Part shown: piece after piece, positions 20,701 to 29,610 of the stretch
Layout of the letters: every line of letters starts with the position of its first letter
Numbering within the stretch: the stretch's first letter is position 1
IMG/VR virus record: IMGVR_UViG_3300031602_000004
Span: 1-53,604 of that record
Source: a virus
Lineage: Duplodnaviria > Caudoviricetes
Length of the DNA stretch: 53,604 nucleotides
Strand: one strand, 5' to 3'
Notes under the pieces: generated by a model
The model's input: only the letters and a program-made list of their open reading frames with translations
Database searches by the model: none
What the model was told of the DNA's origin: nothing
Program-made: the position numbers and the translations under genes

Positions 20701-23044
20701 CAACAAAAAGATCTACCACCAAAGAAATAGCAGTTGAAGCAGCAGCACCACCAGTAACTGCACCTATTTGTGCTGCTAGAACTGCAGGATTTGGTGCAAA
20801 ACCAACCCCACTTGAAACACCAACAATTGGAAAAAGCATTGAATCACCAGAATTTAAATAAGGTGTTGCAGTTGTATTTGATCTATGTTTTGTACCTCTT
20901 AATTTGTGTAATGCATATCCTAAACCTACTATACCAGCCATAACTGCTGCAGCATTTTTTAATAACTTAAATAATGGGTGATCTTCTGATGGTATAAAAT
21001 AACCACGTTGAGCACCTGAATACTGTCCATACAACCTTGTTTCATAAGCATTTAAAAAAGGCTTAGTAAACATTAAATCTGGTGAAGCAAAAGTAAATAC
21101 TTTTTTAGAATAGCCTATTACACCAAGAGATGATGAAGGACTACCTAAAGGTGGGAAAGAATTAATAGACTGACTAAAACTATCACACCCACTAGTTCGG
21201 TTTAGACCACTAGTACCAGACCCATCATGAAAATATACATCTGGTCTTAAATCATTATAAGGGTAATTTGGATATAATCCTTGTACACTTCCACCAATTA
21301 AATTTTCACTATTAGGAATATTATATTGACGCATATTTCTAAATAAACCTTTTGCTAATATTGATTTAGCTCCTAACCTTGAACCTCTTAATATTTCATA
21401 ACCTACTACATTAGGTATATATGCTGCTACACCAGTTAATGGATCAACATTGTATTTTGGTCTTCCTATATTTGTAAACTCTACACCTAATACATTTATA
21501 GTATCTGCATTACCATTTGCTAAGTGTAGGTTACTTGTTAATTCTTCAGTAGGCATTTTATGATGCCTAATAAACTTACCACAAAGATTAAGTGGATGAT
21601 TTGGTGTAGCAGGAAAGCTATTCCAAATATCTGGTTTATCAGCTGGATATTTTTCTGAAGATTGCCAATAGCCCATTTCTCCTCTTTGAACTATGGTTGT
21701 ACCATCAGGTTGAAGTTCAGATACTGGAGGACTAGCATTAGCTGTATTCCAAATTTGAAATACAAATTCACTTCCGCTAGGATTTAAAGCATTAGGATTT
21801 GAAACAAGTGCATCTTCTGCATTACCAGAATAATTTGCTGGAGGTCTACCTGGAATATGATATGAACTAGATCTTTCACCAGTATTATATATCCATCTAA
21901 TAAAAAAAGCATATTGTTCATCACGCATGAAACCCATCTTATTACCACCTAATCCATAATATGTAGCAGGTACTGCGTTAACTACCCAATTTACTTTAAT
22001 TTCATTTGCTATTGGTTGGTAATTAAAATCAAATTGTTCAGTGGGTCCTTGTCTAATTAACCAATCATTAACAACAAACATGGATTCTGACTTTTCATAT
22101 GCAGGACTTCTTTGAGGTATAAGTGTTAAATCAATTGATACTAATGCTTCATCTATATAATCTATTCCTATATCTTGTTGTTGTGTACTATATAAACCTA
22201 TTTTTTTAGCTGATGTTTGTCCTTGATTTCTTCTTAATATAATTAATTCATAATTATCAAAATCAGTATCTAAATTACTTACACTAATATTTAAAGAACC
22301 ACCACTTCCTTCATGACTCCATAATGTTTGTATATTTGAAACCCCTATATAATCTGTTACTTTTTGTTCATTTTCTGTATATGCTATAAATGCTTGATAA
22401 GAACCATTTAGTAACATACCTCCATCAATAGATTTAGTTAATACTACACATGGTGTATCAACTAAAGGAGCCAATCTAATTTTTTCACAATTTAAAAATG
22501 TAGTATCCTCATAGGTAATACATGAATCACCTGGAGCAGATGTAACATTTTGAATCCATGGTACATTATCAATATTTAAAGAGCGTGATGGATTATTACC
22601 ATCATCCCAATATACTTCCCATGTGCAATCAAAATTTTCTTTTGCTGATCCAGTGATTAGATATTTAGTATTAAATGCCAAGCATGTATCATTTACTATA
22701 GGTGTATATTTACATTCACTATCATCAAATCTTCCTATCTCAGAACTTATATTATCTGTTGAAAATATTACCCATTCATCTCCATATCTATGTATAGCAC
22801 CTATGATTGTATAAGGAATAACACCACATTGTAAATTTGACGGTTCATTACCTATTACACCTAAATCACCATCTTCTGAATTATTAGCTGCATTTCTTGC
22901 ATGCCACCAAGATTGATTATTTTCTAAAGATGGAGCAACATCTTTGTTCATTCCTTTAGAAAAAGAATTTACAATTACTGATGAACTACTTTTTGCATTA
23001 GGTGGATTACCACTACGTGAAACTGGTTTGCGTTTTTTTGCCAT
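17795..23044 (-). CDS. Tail stabilisation / muzzle protein (1749 aa)
   Basis: N-terminal 'FSKGMNKD...WWHARN' and C-terminal 'WTISYDPKSKAWISFHDWHP' motifs of podoviral stabiliser/nozzle proteins; follows the tail tubular gene as in crAss-like phages. Confidence 0.75.
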   Translation of the reverse strand: MAKKRKPVSRSGNPPNAKSSSSVIVNSFSKGMNKDVAPSLENNQSWWHARNAANNSEDGDLGVIGNEPSNLQCGVIPYTIIGAIHRYGDEWVIFSTDNISSEIGRFDDSECKYTPIVNDTCLAFNTKYLITGSAKENFDCTWEVYWDDGNNPSRSLNIDNVPWIQNVTSAPGDSCITYEDTTFLNCEKIRLAPLVDTPCVVLTKSIDGGMLLNGSYQAFIAYTENEQKVTDYIGVSNIQTLWSHEGSGGSLNISVSNLDTDFDNYELIILRRNQGQTSAKKIGLYSTQQQDIGIDYIDEALVSIDLTLIPQRSPAYEKSESMFVVNDWLIRQGPTEQFDFNYQPIANEIKVNWVVNAVPATYYGLGGNKMGFMRDEQYAFFIRWIYNTGERSSSYHIPGRPPANYSGNAEDALVSNPNALNPSGSEFVFQIWNTANASPPVSELQPDGTTIVQRGEMGYWQSSEKYPADKPDIWNSFPATPNHPLNLCGKFIRHHKMPTEELTSNLHLANGNADTINVLGVEFTNIGRPKYNVDPLTGVAAYIPNVVGYEILRGSRLGAKSILAKGLFRNMRQYNIPNSENLIGGSVQGLYPNYPYNDLRPDVYFHDGSGTSGLNRTSGCDSFSQSINSFPPLGSPSSSLGVIGYSKKVFTFASPDLMFTKPFLNAYETRLYGQYSGAQRGYFIPSEDHPLFKLLKNAAAVMAGIVGLGYALHKLRGTKHRSNTTATPYLNSGDSMLFPIVGVSSGVGFAPNPAVLAAQIGAVTGGAAASTAISLVVDLFVESTAAVLDLWTGGAFTYGIQTADILGQSGTAIIPGMIGGTQDKGVTEDSSISALPILVRALVGYQSSKTMIVIGGNEIIDAFYSMVNESSFVYKYNSEGIFNNYSNNTNGLWRIKNEDSNYLGSSFQTFGNGQYKINNLFRPSTVAIELKDAIDVPDVVDKSRFVVGGDVNASGSANTFTDNDLLNPNNSRKRDISAYYGALKFNFDNQYGQLDGIKQIQMRGCVQLLNVDPTTPPPPAATMYNSEAIFAGDTFIGRYTEKTIMPIFTNYLMGEPNGFTFDYSMYVNIPYPRFWLNSQRFDMGPLADSITGFGVFGSSDWDSIYPSDNFYLDRGNDSCSSGIATMFGNSSDPNPPFAMEFAYSYSHSNGVLDFFVESEINLTQRDWEDEPKKKIYSTYDNNDIDELFHAAIEKDDNFYKYDESLSPGKFPTQMVSFGNMQPRNYDPYISAECYVSYPKRLIYSLQAQKESKKDYWKVFLQYNYKDFKNAVSVIKPINKSGALVFFPYLSPQMFQGLDTLKTTLDTKLTIGDGGLFSQPFQNVANADISTEYGSCESLKGVINTPAGIFFISQAQGKIFQYGGKGLDPISNNGMKWWFAKYLPSSLIKQFPLLENSVLSDNPIAGVGCQVMYDSVDDIVYFMKKDYKLKSEYIGDATFSDANVKPISIEMTNGGTTINVDIGDPIYFDDCSWTISYDPKSKAWISFHDWHPELALPSINHFFTTKTSTTTIPQCPPGYVFNSGNGMCEIGNSTNQISTPASYNVCSFYRHNVRCDSFVNYYGDDYPWEIDIISNTGQAVNTVRSFEYQLETYVYKGEPEYNMCGGDKWEDLNFNFDTAIVYNNDQTSGLLVLNQQPVNNPWGNLTYPIIGINNINILASKVEHKFRFNQFWDITNDRGEFSNAEQSTFNTACNGYVRPLNSINLNYNKIATQRKKFRHYSNQVILRRNVSGNRKMLLRLNNTKLQLSMR

Positions 23045-23061
23045 AATAGATTAACTCTTTA

Positions 23062-24000
23062 TTAAGTTGTAGTTGTAGAACTTGGTGTAAAATTAGGTCC
23101 TGATACTACTCTTGGATTTACTGGTGCATAACTCAAGAACATATTATAATAATTATGATATTGTGCTCTTCTATTCATTGACCATAATTTTCTCATTTCT
23201 GCAAAATCAGGAGTATTAACAAAACTTAATGCATTATTTCTTGCTGCTCTTAATCTAGTTTCTATTAATCCTAATTGTTGAGAAACATTTTCACCTTGCC
23301 AAACCATATTTTCAAGTATCCTTTGTTTTATTGCATATTCATAATATTCATTACAATAGGGTTGATCTAACACTAATAAATCCCCATCTGCATTTTCCAT
23401 TGCTCCTTGATAACTTATATATATTTTACCAGTTCTAAAAGTAGTAATTAAAAAACCATCTTTAATTTCTGCTATATCTAATGCTTGTGCACCTAAACTA
23501 GGACAATAACATACCTTATCATTAACACCTTTAATTCTTAATTCTGTCCAACTATTAAAAGTTCTAAAATTATCAGGCCCAATTCGTTGTACTAATTGAT
23601 GACTATTTTTATTATCACATGTTTTAATTACACATACATCTTTACATGTATCATCTTTACTACATGGTGACATTTCTCCAGGTGCAGGAACATAAGGTAC
23701 ATCATTGAATGTTTCAATATGTGTTCCAGAAGGCATCTTATTATTTATTGTATAAGATCCACATCTAAATGCATAATTAATATATTTAAAATCCATAGGT
23801 AATTGCCCTCTCCCATGTTCAACATCAATAATTACTTCTTTAGTTCTATGTATTTTTAATCCAAGATCATAGTTAACTCTTGTAGCAACTTTAATAAGTT
23901 GCTGAGGTTCAATCATTCCTTCTAATGCATATGTTGAAAAATCAATAGATACATCTTCCATCAATTGACTGAACGTTCTATAGTTATGTGATACACTCAT
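23062..24000 (-). CDS. Tail tubular / ring protein (312 aa)
   Basis: 'GQLPMDF' and 'GFLITTFRTGKIYISYQG' motifs; immediately upstream of the muzzle gene. Confidence 0.65.
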   Translation of the reverse strand: MSVSHNYRTFSQLMEDVSIDFSTYALEGMIEPQQLIKVATRVNYDLGLKIHRTKEVIIDVEHGRGQLPMDFKYINYAFRCGSYTINNKMPSGTHIETFNDVPYVPAPGEMSPCSKDDTCKDVCVIKTCDNKNSHQLVQRIGPDNFRTFNSWTELRIKGVNDKVCYCPSLGAQALDIAEIKDGFLITTFRTGKIYISYQGAMENADGDLLVLDQPYCNEYYEYAIKQRILENMVWQGENVSQQLGLIETRLRAARNNALSFVNTPDFAEMRKLWSMNRRAQYHNYYNMFLSYAPVNPRVVSGPNFTPSSTTTT

Positions 24001-24674
24001 TATTGTCTATTTATATTACGTTTATTATCAGAATCTTCTGAAGGAACTTTCATGGTATTCATCATGGTGCTTACTACTTGTGATTCTATTTCAGCAAATA
24101 ATGCTTCCGGTATATATATTTCTTGTTCATATCTAGGAGTACAATCATTTGTTTCATCACAATCCCACCTAGTAATATCAGAATCAAAAACACCTTCTAA
24201 TTTAATTGCATCCCACGCTATATTTGGACAATATATATATCCATCTAACCACCAAAAATATAATGTATTATTATATTTAAAAGATGTTGTTTTAGTCATT
24301 GAGGTATATGTACCCGGTTGAGTTGCTTGGAGCTCTTGTGAGCCATCTATGGAGCTTACAGTACGTATAAGTGGACCCCAATATCCTTCAAACATTGAAG
24401 GCAGCTTTAATTTACTACGTTTAATAGTACATCCACTTTTTATACCTGCACAATGGGCTTCTACTTTATCCACGTCAATCATTTCTATATAGGGTAATGT
24501 TTTCCATACAGAATTAAATTTCATTAACTTGTTTGCATAGTCTTGCCTTCTCATTAGAAACTGTGCAGATTTTTCTATTAGGCTGTATATATATCTATCA
24601 GTTATAAAAGCATCTTGAACCTCTGCTTTAACTTGTCCTCTGATTCTAGATATTGCTTCTGATATTGTTGCCAT
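24000..24674 (-). CDS. Putative tail ring protein (224 aa)
   Basis: Helical N-terminus plus 'CTIKRSKLKLP' and 'YFWWLDGYIY' motifs; synteny with ring genes; TAATG coupling. Confidence 0.55.
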   Translation of the reverse strand: MATISEAISRIRGQVKAEVQDAFITDRYIYSLIEKSAQFLMRRQDYANKLMKFNSVWKTLPYIEMIDVDKVEAHCAGIKSGCTIKRSKLKLPSMFEGYWGPLIRTVSSIDGSQELQATQPGTYTSMTKTTSFKYNNTLYFWWLDGYIYCPNIAWDAIKLEGVFDSDITRWDCDETNDCTPRYEQEIYIPEALFAEIESQVVSTMMNTMKVPSEDSDNKRNINRQ

Positions 24675-24679
24675 TTTTT

Positions 24680-25246
24680 TTATTTTTCAAATTCATTATA
24701 ATAATTTAGTTCTTTGTTGGTTTTATCAAAGTTTTCATCATATAAATGAGCTACTTTATATTTATTCTTCATAACTACATATTTGGTCCAACTCAAAGGG
24801 TATTCTTTAGCAACTTTTCTTTTAAATTCTCTGCAAGCTACAAATCTCCATAACTCTCTATTTTTAAATCTATACTTAGTTGTAAAATTTGTATAGAATA
24901 TTTTTCCTAAATTACCATCAGTTTCCCAGTTTTTATTTTGTAAGACCTTACCATATTGTTTAGATAATGCATAATCTATATTAACTTTTTTTATTGCCTT
25001 GCAAGTTCCTATAAATAAAAAACCTAAAGAGTCAGGTAGTTCAACACCGTTTCTATTTTCTACTACAGCATTCCATAATTTTACATTATATATTTTTATT
25101 ATTTTTTTTAGTTTAACATTATCTATGTGAGAATACAAAGGTTTTTTATCCTTAAACTCTCTTATAGTTTCTTCATTTAATAATCCCAATCTTTTTTCTC
25201 TATATCTTGGAGCATTTAAATCAGGTTTTTTAAAATTGTTGATCAT
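24680..25246 (-). CDS. HU/IHF-like DNA-binding protein (188 aa)
   Basis: Basic protein with 'GVELPDSLGFLFI' HU-like strand motif; crAss-like phages carry an IHF-like gene beside the tail ring genes. Confidence 0.6.
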   Translation of the reverse strand: MINNFKKPDLNAPRYREKRLGLLNEETIREFKDKKPLYSHIDNVKLKKIIKIYNVKLWNAVVENRNGVELPDSLGFLFIGTCKAIKKVNIDYALSKQYGKVLQNKNWETDGNLGKIFYTNFTTKYRFKNRELWRFVACREFKRKVAKEYPLSWTKYVVMKNKYKVAHLYDENFDKTNKELNYYNEFEK

Positions 25247-25249
25247 ATA

Positions 25250-25270
25250 GTTATATTTATAATTTACAAA
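25250..25270 (-). promoter_or_regulatory. Candidate phage late-promoter motif copy (TTTGTAAATTA-TAAA-TATAAC)
   Basis: Variant of the repeated intergenic motif; overlaps the U-tract of the upstream terminator. Confidence 0.4.
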
Positions 25271-25304
25271 AAAAACCGCACTTTATGAAATTAAAAGTGA
25301 GGTC
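25268..25304 (-). terminator. Intrinsic terminator after the phosphoesterase gene
   Basis: ACCTCACTTT / AAAGTGCGGT stem (one mismatch) followed by a T-run on the minus strand. Confidence 0.6.
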
Positions 25305-25305
25305 T

Positions 25306-26529
25306 TTACAAAGCTTGATAAGTTAATTCACATATATTACCCATTGTTGGGTGCTGAATTTCTAATTTGCCAGATCTTCTATTTCCTACAAACTTATTAC
25401 TATGATGATAATAATCTGCTTTACCTAAGCTAGGAAGTGTTTTTTCTATAAACCCGGCTGTTTCATTAGATGTCATATATTCTACTTTTCTATCTGTATG
25501 AACATGACCTTTAAATAATGTTCTATTGGTAGTTTGTCCCCATTCTCTTGGGTATTCAGAAGCATATATTAATGGATTGTTTTTACTACGCTTGTCACCA
25601 TGCTCAAATGCATTAAAGTTATTCTTCCATACATGTACTTTTCTTTCTTCATATTTAATATCCCAAGTGATTTCATTACTTTCTATAGATTTAGATAGAG
25701 CATGAACTAAATGATAAGAAGATAATCTATCATGATTACCAGGAACATATACAATAACTAAATTCTTACAGTATTGCTTAATGTAATTGATTGCCCAGTG
25801 CATTGCATCAAAAGCTTCTATATAAGCTTCTGTGGCACTCTTACAGTTATCAACAACCGTTCCAGCTGTAGTAGTTCCACTAAATGTATCCATGTTGATT
25901 AGATCACCTCCTACAACAAAATACATTGTTTCTATATAATGTACAGGTACAGCTCTTTGTATTAGGTTTTTTACTGTATCTTCAAAGTCTTTATCTACTG
26001 TTTCATTACCTTGTTTACCAAAATGTATATCTTGCAAAGACATTACTCCACATAATGGGTTTTTATTTTTAATATTATTTAGATTTACATTAGGTATTTT
26101 ATATGTTTTGGGTTTCCAATTTGCTAGTAATTCCTCAAATAATTGTGTCTCAGGATTTTTTATCTGTGATACTAATGCAGAGACTCTCCAATGATCTCCC
26201 ATTTGTTTATTCCAATACTGTGATAGTTTCCATTTTGTTGTATCTATCTTTAGTAGTTTAATAATTTCTTCTGATGATTTTGGTTCATAATCAAAAGTAC
26301 CAGATATAGTACCCTCTCCTTTTTCAAGATTGATTGATTCAACCATCTGTGCTTTATTAGCAGCTTTATCAAAAAACTTATTTTTCTTTTTAGCAACTTT
26401 TCTTTCTTGTAATACTTCTTTCTTTAATTTAATATATTGTTTCTCAGTAACATTTAATTTAGCTGCACAATATATAGGGTGCTTTTTCCACTTTAAAGAT
26501 TCTAATACTTTTTGTTTTAAATTATTCAT
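25306..26529 (-). CDS. Calcineurin-like metallophosphoesterase (407 aa)
   Basis: All five motifs present: DIHFG, GGDLINMD, GNHD, HGD, GHVH; basic N-terminal extension. Confidence 0.9.
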   Translation of the reverse strand: MNNLKQKVLESLKWKKHPIYCAAKLNVTEKQYIKLKKEVLQERKVAKKKNKFFDKAANKAQMVESINLEKGEGTISGTFDYEPKSSEEIIKLLKIDTTKWKLSQYWNKQMGDHWRVSALVSQIKNPETQLFEELLANWKPKTYKIPNVNLNNIKNKNPLCGVMSLQDIHFGKQGNETVDKDFEDTVKNLIQRAVPVHYIETMYFVVGGDLINMDTFSGTTTAGTVVDNCKSATEAYIEAFDAMHWAINYIKQYCKNLVIVYVPGNHDRLSSYHLVHALSKSIESNEITWDIKYEERKVHVWKNNFNAFEHGDKRSKNNPLIYASEYPREWGQTTNRTLFKGHVHTDRKVEYMTSNETAGFIEKTLPSLGKADYYHHSNKFVGNRRSGKLEIQHPTMGNICELTYQAL

Positions 26530-26549
26530 AATATTTTTTAAATTTTATG

Positions 26550-26557
26550 TAAAGATA
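26550..26557 (-). promoter_or_regulatory. Candidate host-type -7 element variant (TATCTTTA)
   Basis: One mismatch to TATCTTTG; lies between a terminator and the phosphoesterase ATG. Confidence 0.4.
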
Positions 26558-26559
26558 AC

Positions 26560-26593
26560 AAAAAAAAAAGACCAGGCGTTAACCCGGTCTTTC
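26560..26593 (-). terminator. Intrinsic terminator
   Basis: AAAGACCGGG-TTAACG-CCTGGTCTTT hairpin followed by a long T-run. Confidence 0.8.
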
Positions 26594-26642
26594 CCAACGT
26601 TTGCAGTAGAAAACCAACAAACCACTACTTGCTGCTGTTGTA

Positions 26643-27203
26643 CTAAACTGCTAATGTAGCAAACAATATTTCTATTGGCTTACATGAGGCAGAGTTACCA
26701 TTATCTACAACCTTTACTTTATAAGCAGTGCTGGCTGTTAAGTTTGATATTGTATAATTTGTTATTGTTGTTACAATTGGTGTTGAGTTTTGTAATACCC
26801 ATCCTGTTGGTGCAACTTGCGTATCTATGTATACATTAATTCCTGTACTAGAACTCCATATACCATCCCATATTACATTAACTGTATTACTAGTTATTAT
26901 ACCAGCATAAACATTATATGGGTCATGCTGTACATCACTTGATGTACATGCACCTATCCCATTTGATAACATCATTGCATATTTTTGAATTATAGAATCA
27001 AGTCTTTCTCCTGATGTAATAGTTATTAATGCACCTGCATCTCCTATTTGAAAAGATGTGCCACAATAACTTACACATGCTGCACATTGTACATCACTGC
27101 ATCTTTCACTACCTGTACTACAATCAGTATAGGTACATGCATTAGTAAGTGCTGTATCAGCACATCCACATTTTGAACTACATTTTGTACAATTACATGC
27201 CAT
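26643..27203 (-). CDS. Cys-rich structural protein with C-terminal fibronectin type III-like domain (186 aa)
   Basis: 11 Cys in the first 47 aa; 'VNVIWD...YTISNLTASTAYKVKVV' FN3 signature. Confidence 0.7.
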   Translation of the reverse strand: MACNCTKCSSKCGCADTALTNACTYTDCSTGSERCSDVQCAACVSYCGTSFQIGDAGALITITSGERLDSIIQKYAMMLSNGIGACTSSDVQHDPYNVYAGIITSNTVNVIWDGIWSSSTGINVYIDTQVAPTGWVLQNSTPIVTTITNYTISNLTASTAYKVKVVDNGNSASCKPIEILFATLAV

Positions 27204-27220
27204 TTTTTTTCTTTTTTATT

Positions 27221-29482
27221 TTATGCACAACCATTTACTATCTCTGAAGATATTGTTGCTGGATCTTCATTTACATTCCATAAACCACCTGTATTAGTTG
27301 CTAATTCTCTCCATGGATATACCGGTGTAGCTCCTACAGAAGGTGTATAAGTAAGAGTAGTACCTGCACCTAATACAAATATTTTTATACCAGCTATTAA
27401 TGCTGTTTGTGTGAGTGATGCTATTCTTGCATAATCTGTTGCATTAAATAAATCATCACCACCTGATGGAAGATTGTCTGTAATTACAATTACATATTTA
27501 GCTACATTTGCTCTAAAGGCACCTAAGAAAGCACTTCCTTCAATCACTTGACCAATTGCCATATCTGTTGGTTCTGGAGATGAAGAACCATCACCCAATG
27601 GTACAGCACCTGGTGCTACACCTGAATTCAACAAGTTCATTTGAGTTGTAAATGTTGCTCCATTATTATTTTGGAACATTTCCCAAGCTGTTATAACTTG
27701 ATTAGCTCCTGTTCCTGTATTTTGTATACGCTGAACACCTGGTAATGCCAAGTAGTCTGTAGAAGTAGAATATGTAGGTTGAGGTGTAGTTGCTGATGCA
27801 TACTCATCTGCTGTTACTAATCCCATTCTATAATTATTAGCTCCTGATGAAGTATCAATAGTAGTAATTAATCCTGCTACACCAGTTTTAATTGAATTAA
27901 TTTCATCACCCATACTTCCTGTATAATCAATTATAAATGCTACATCCATTCCTGTTGAACATGCTTCTGCTGCACTAGTTGTATTAAACGCTATTGAACT
28001 TGTTGAACATATATTTGTAGCTCCTCCGAATGTTACTGAAATATTAACTATATAAGTTGATCCAGGTATTAAACCTGTAAATGCATGAGAATTTATTCCA
28101 TTTACTGGATTATTCTGTGTATATGTTGCTGCAAGAACTCCCCCTGCAGTTAATATATCTGTTTTAAATACTGCTGTTGTTCCTAATATATTGTTGAAAC
28201 TAACTGTAATTCCTGTTGTAGTTATTAATGTAAGCTGTGGTGCTACACAAGGTATAATACCTGTAACAATATTTGATTGATTTGCTGTACATGTATCAGA
28301 ACCATCAGTTACACTGAAATTTATTTCAATAGATATATTTTGTGAAGTATTTAATGTTGCTACAGGAAAGGTATATCCAGATGAACTATTTTGTAATGCT
28401 GTTACACTTACTGTAGTATTCAATGATGCTCCTAATGCATCTGTCATAGTGATTTTAGTAAACCCTGCTGAATCATTATATGATGAAGGTATACTTGAAT
28501 TTGTAAAATTAAATATTATACTATCAATCACCCCTGTATTTGGATCAAGTAAATTTGCTGTTGTATAACCAAATGTTACTGCATCACATCCACTAGGTAC
28601 TTGTAATTGTAAAGCTTGTATAGCAGTGTACATATCATCTACTACTACCCAAGAGTTTTGTGTACTCTGTGCTAAAGAAGTGGGTGTATTATTCCATCCA
28701 CTAATTGATCCATAACTAATACTTGATTTAGTTAAAGATGTAGTTGTTCCTGTAATAGGGCTTTGTCCTATAGCTGAATTAATAGCTGCAGGATTTCCTA
28801 CTGCACTTCTTTGAGCACAAAAAGCAACTTCTAATGCTAATACTACCACTGATACATTTGTTAATATTCCTACATTAGCTGGAGGAATGCATGTTGGTAT
28901 AATTTGTGCTTCAGCTACTGCACCTGAACAAGGTAATACACATGCTTCTAAAATATTTAATCTGCTACTATAACTTGTAAGTGTAGAATTAATTGTAGCT
29001 ATACTTGCTAAATTAGTACATACTTGATTAGCTATAAGTGTAGCAAATAAATCCAAACGTAATGTTGTCACTGGATTTCCAGAAGCATCATTGTACTGCA
29101 TACATGCAGGTAATGTCATTATAGGCAAGTCATTTTGAACTTGACTATTTGCTGATAGTTTACTAGATGAGTTTGGTGTTTGACCTGTCCCTGTATTAAG
29201 ACATATTTGTGTAACCATTGCCTGCAGAACAGGTACAAGAGTTGTAGGTGTAGTACCTGATATGTTTAAACATGATAAATCTAAACCTGTTAAACTTGGA
29301 TTTGATGTTACACCATTAGTAATCAGATCACAAACTTTAGTGGCTAACTTAGATGTTACCTCACTTATTGAATCTCCTGAACATAAATCTATACAGGAAA
29401 TATCTGGACCTTGCCATATTACACAATTAGATGATATATTGTCACATCCATTTGTAGTGCCGCTTGAATTTGTTGGAATCAT
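27221..29482 (-). CDS. Cys-rich virion appendage protein with FN3-like and C-terminal von Willebrand A domain (753 aa)
   Basis: 'DVAFIIDYTGSM' MIDAS strand, 'RMGLVT', 'GDGSSSPEP', 'VIVITDNLPSG'; FN3-like 'FTGLIPGSTYIVNI'. Confidence 0.8.
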   Translation of the reverse strand: MIPTNSSGTTNGCDNISSNCVIWQGPDISCIDLCSGDSISEVTSKLATKVCDLITNGVTSNPSLTGLDLSCLNISGTTPTTLVPVLQAMVTQICLNTGTGQTPNSSSKLSANSQVQNDLPIMTLPACMQYNDASGNPVTTLRLDLFATLIANQVCTNLASIATINSTLTSYSSRLNILEACVLPCSGAVAEAQIIPTCIPPANVGILTNVSVVVLALEVAFCAQRSAVGNPAAINSAIGQSPITGTTTSLTKSSISYGSISGWNNTPTSLAQSTQNSWVVVDDMYTAIQALQLQVPSGCDAVTFGYTTANLLDPNTGVIDSIIFNFTNSSIPSSYNDSAGFTKITMTDALGASLNTTVSVTALQNSSSGYTFPVATLNTSQNISIEINFSVTDGSDTCTANQSNIVTGIIPCVAPQLTLITTTGITVSFNNILGTTAVFKTDILTAGGVLAATYTQNNPVNGINSHAFTGLIPGSTYIVNISVTFGGATNICSTSSIAFNTTSAAEACSTGMDVAFIIDYTGSMGDEINSIKTGVAGLITTIDTSSGANNYRMGLVTADEYASATTPQPTYSTSTDYLALPGVQRIQNTGTGANQVITAWEMFQNNNGATFTTQMNLLNSGVAPGAVPLGDGSSSPEPTDMAIGQVIEGSAFLGAFRANVAKYVIVITDNLPSGGDDLFNATDYARIASLTQTALIAGIKIFVLGAGTTLTYTPSVGATPVYPWRELATNTGGLWNVNEDPATISSEIVNGCA

Positions 29483-29520
29483 AAATGTTTATTTTACTAT
29501 AATGTAATGCTCTCTTCTAA

Positions 29521-29543
29521 ACTATACAATTATAATATACAAA
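29521..29543 (-). promoter_or_regulatory. Candidate phage late-promoter motif copy (TTTGTATATTA-TAATTG-TATAGT)
   Basis: Repeated intergenic motif, here with a 6-nt spacer. Confidence 0.45.
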
Positions 29544-29587
29544 ATTTTTTAAAACCAAGCAAGTTAATGCTAGTTTTAAAAAATTTT
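29541..29587. repeat. Perfect 15-bp inverted repeat (AAAATTTTTTAAAAC / GTTTTAAAAAATTTT), possible terminator or operator
   Basis: Arms at 29541-29555 and 29573-29587, with an inner AGCA/TGCT pair. Confidence 0.6.
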
Positions 29588-29610
29588 ATAAGACAAATAT
29601 GGTTAGAAAT

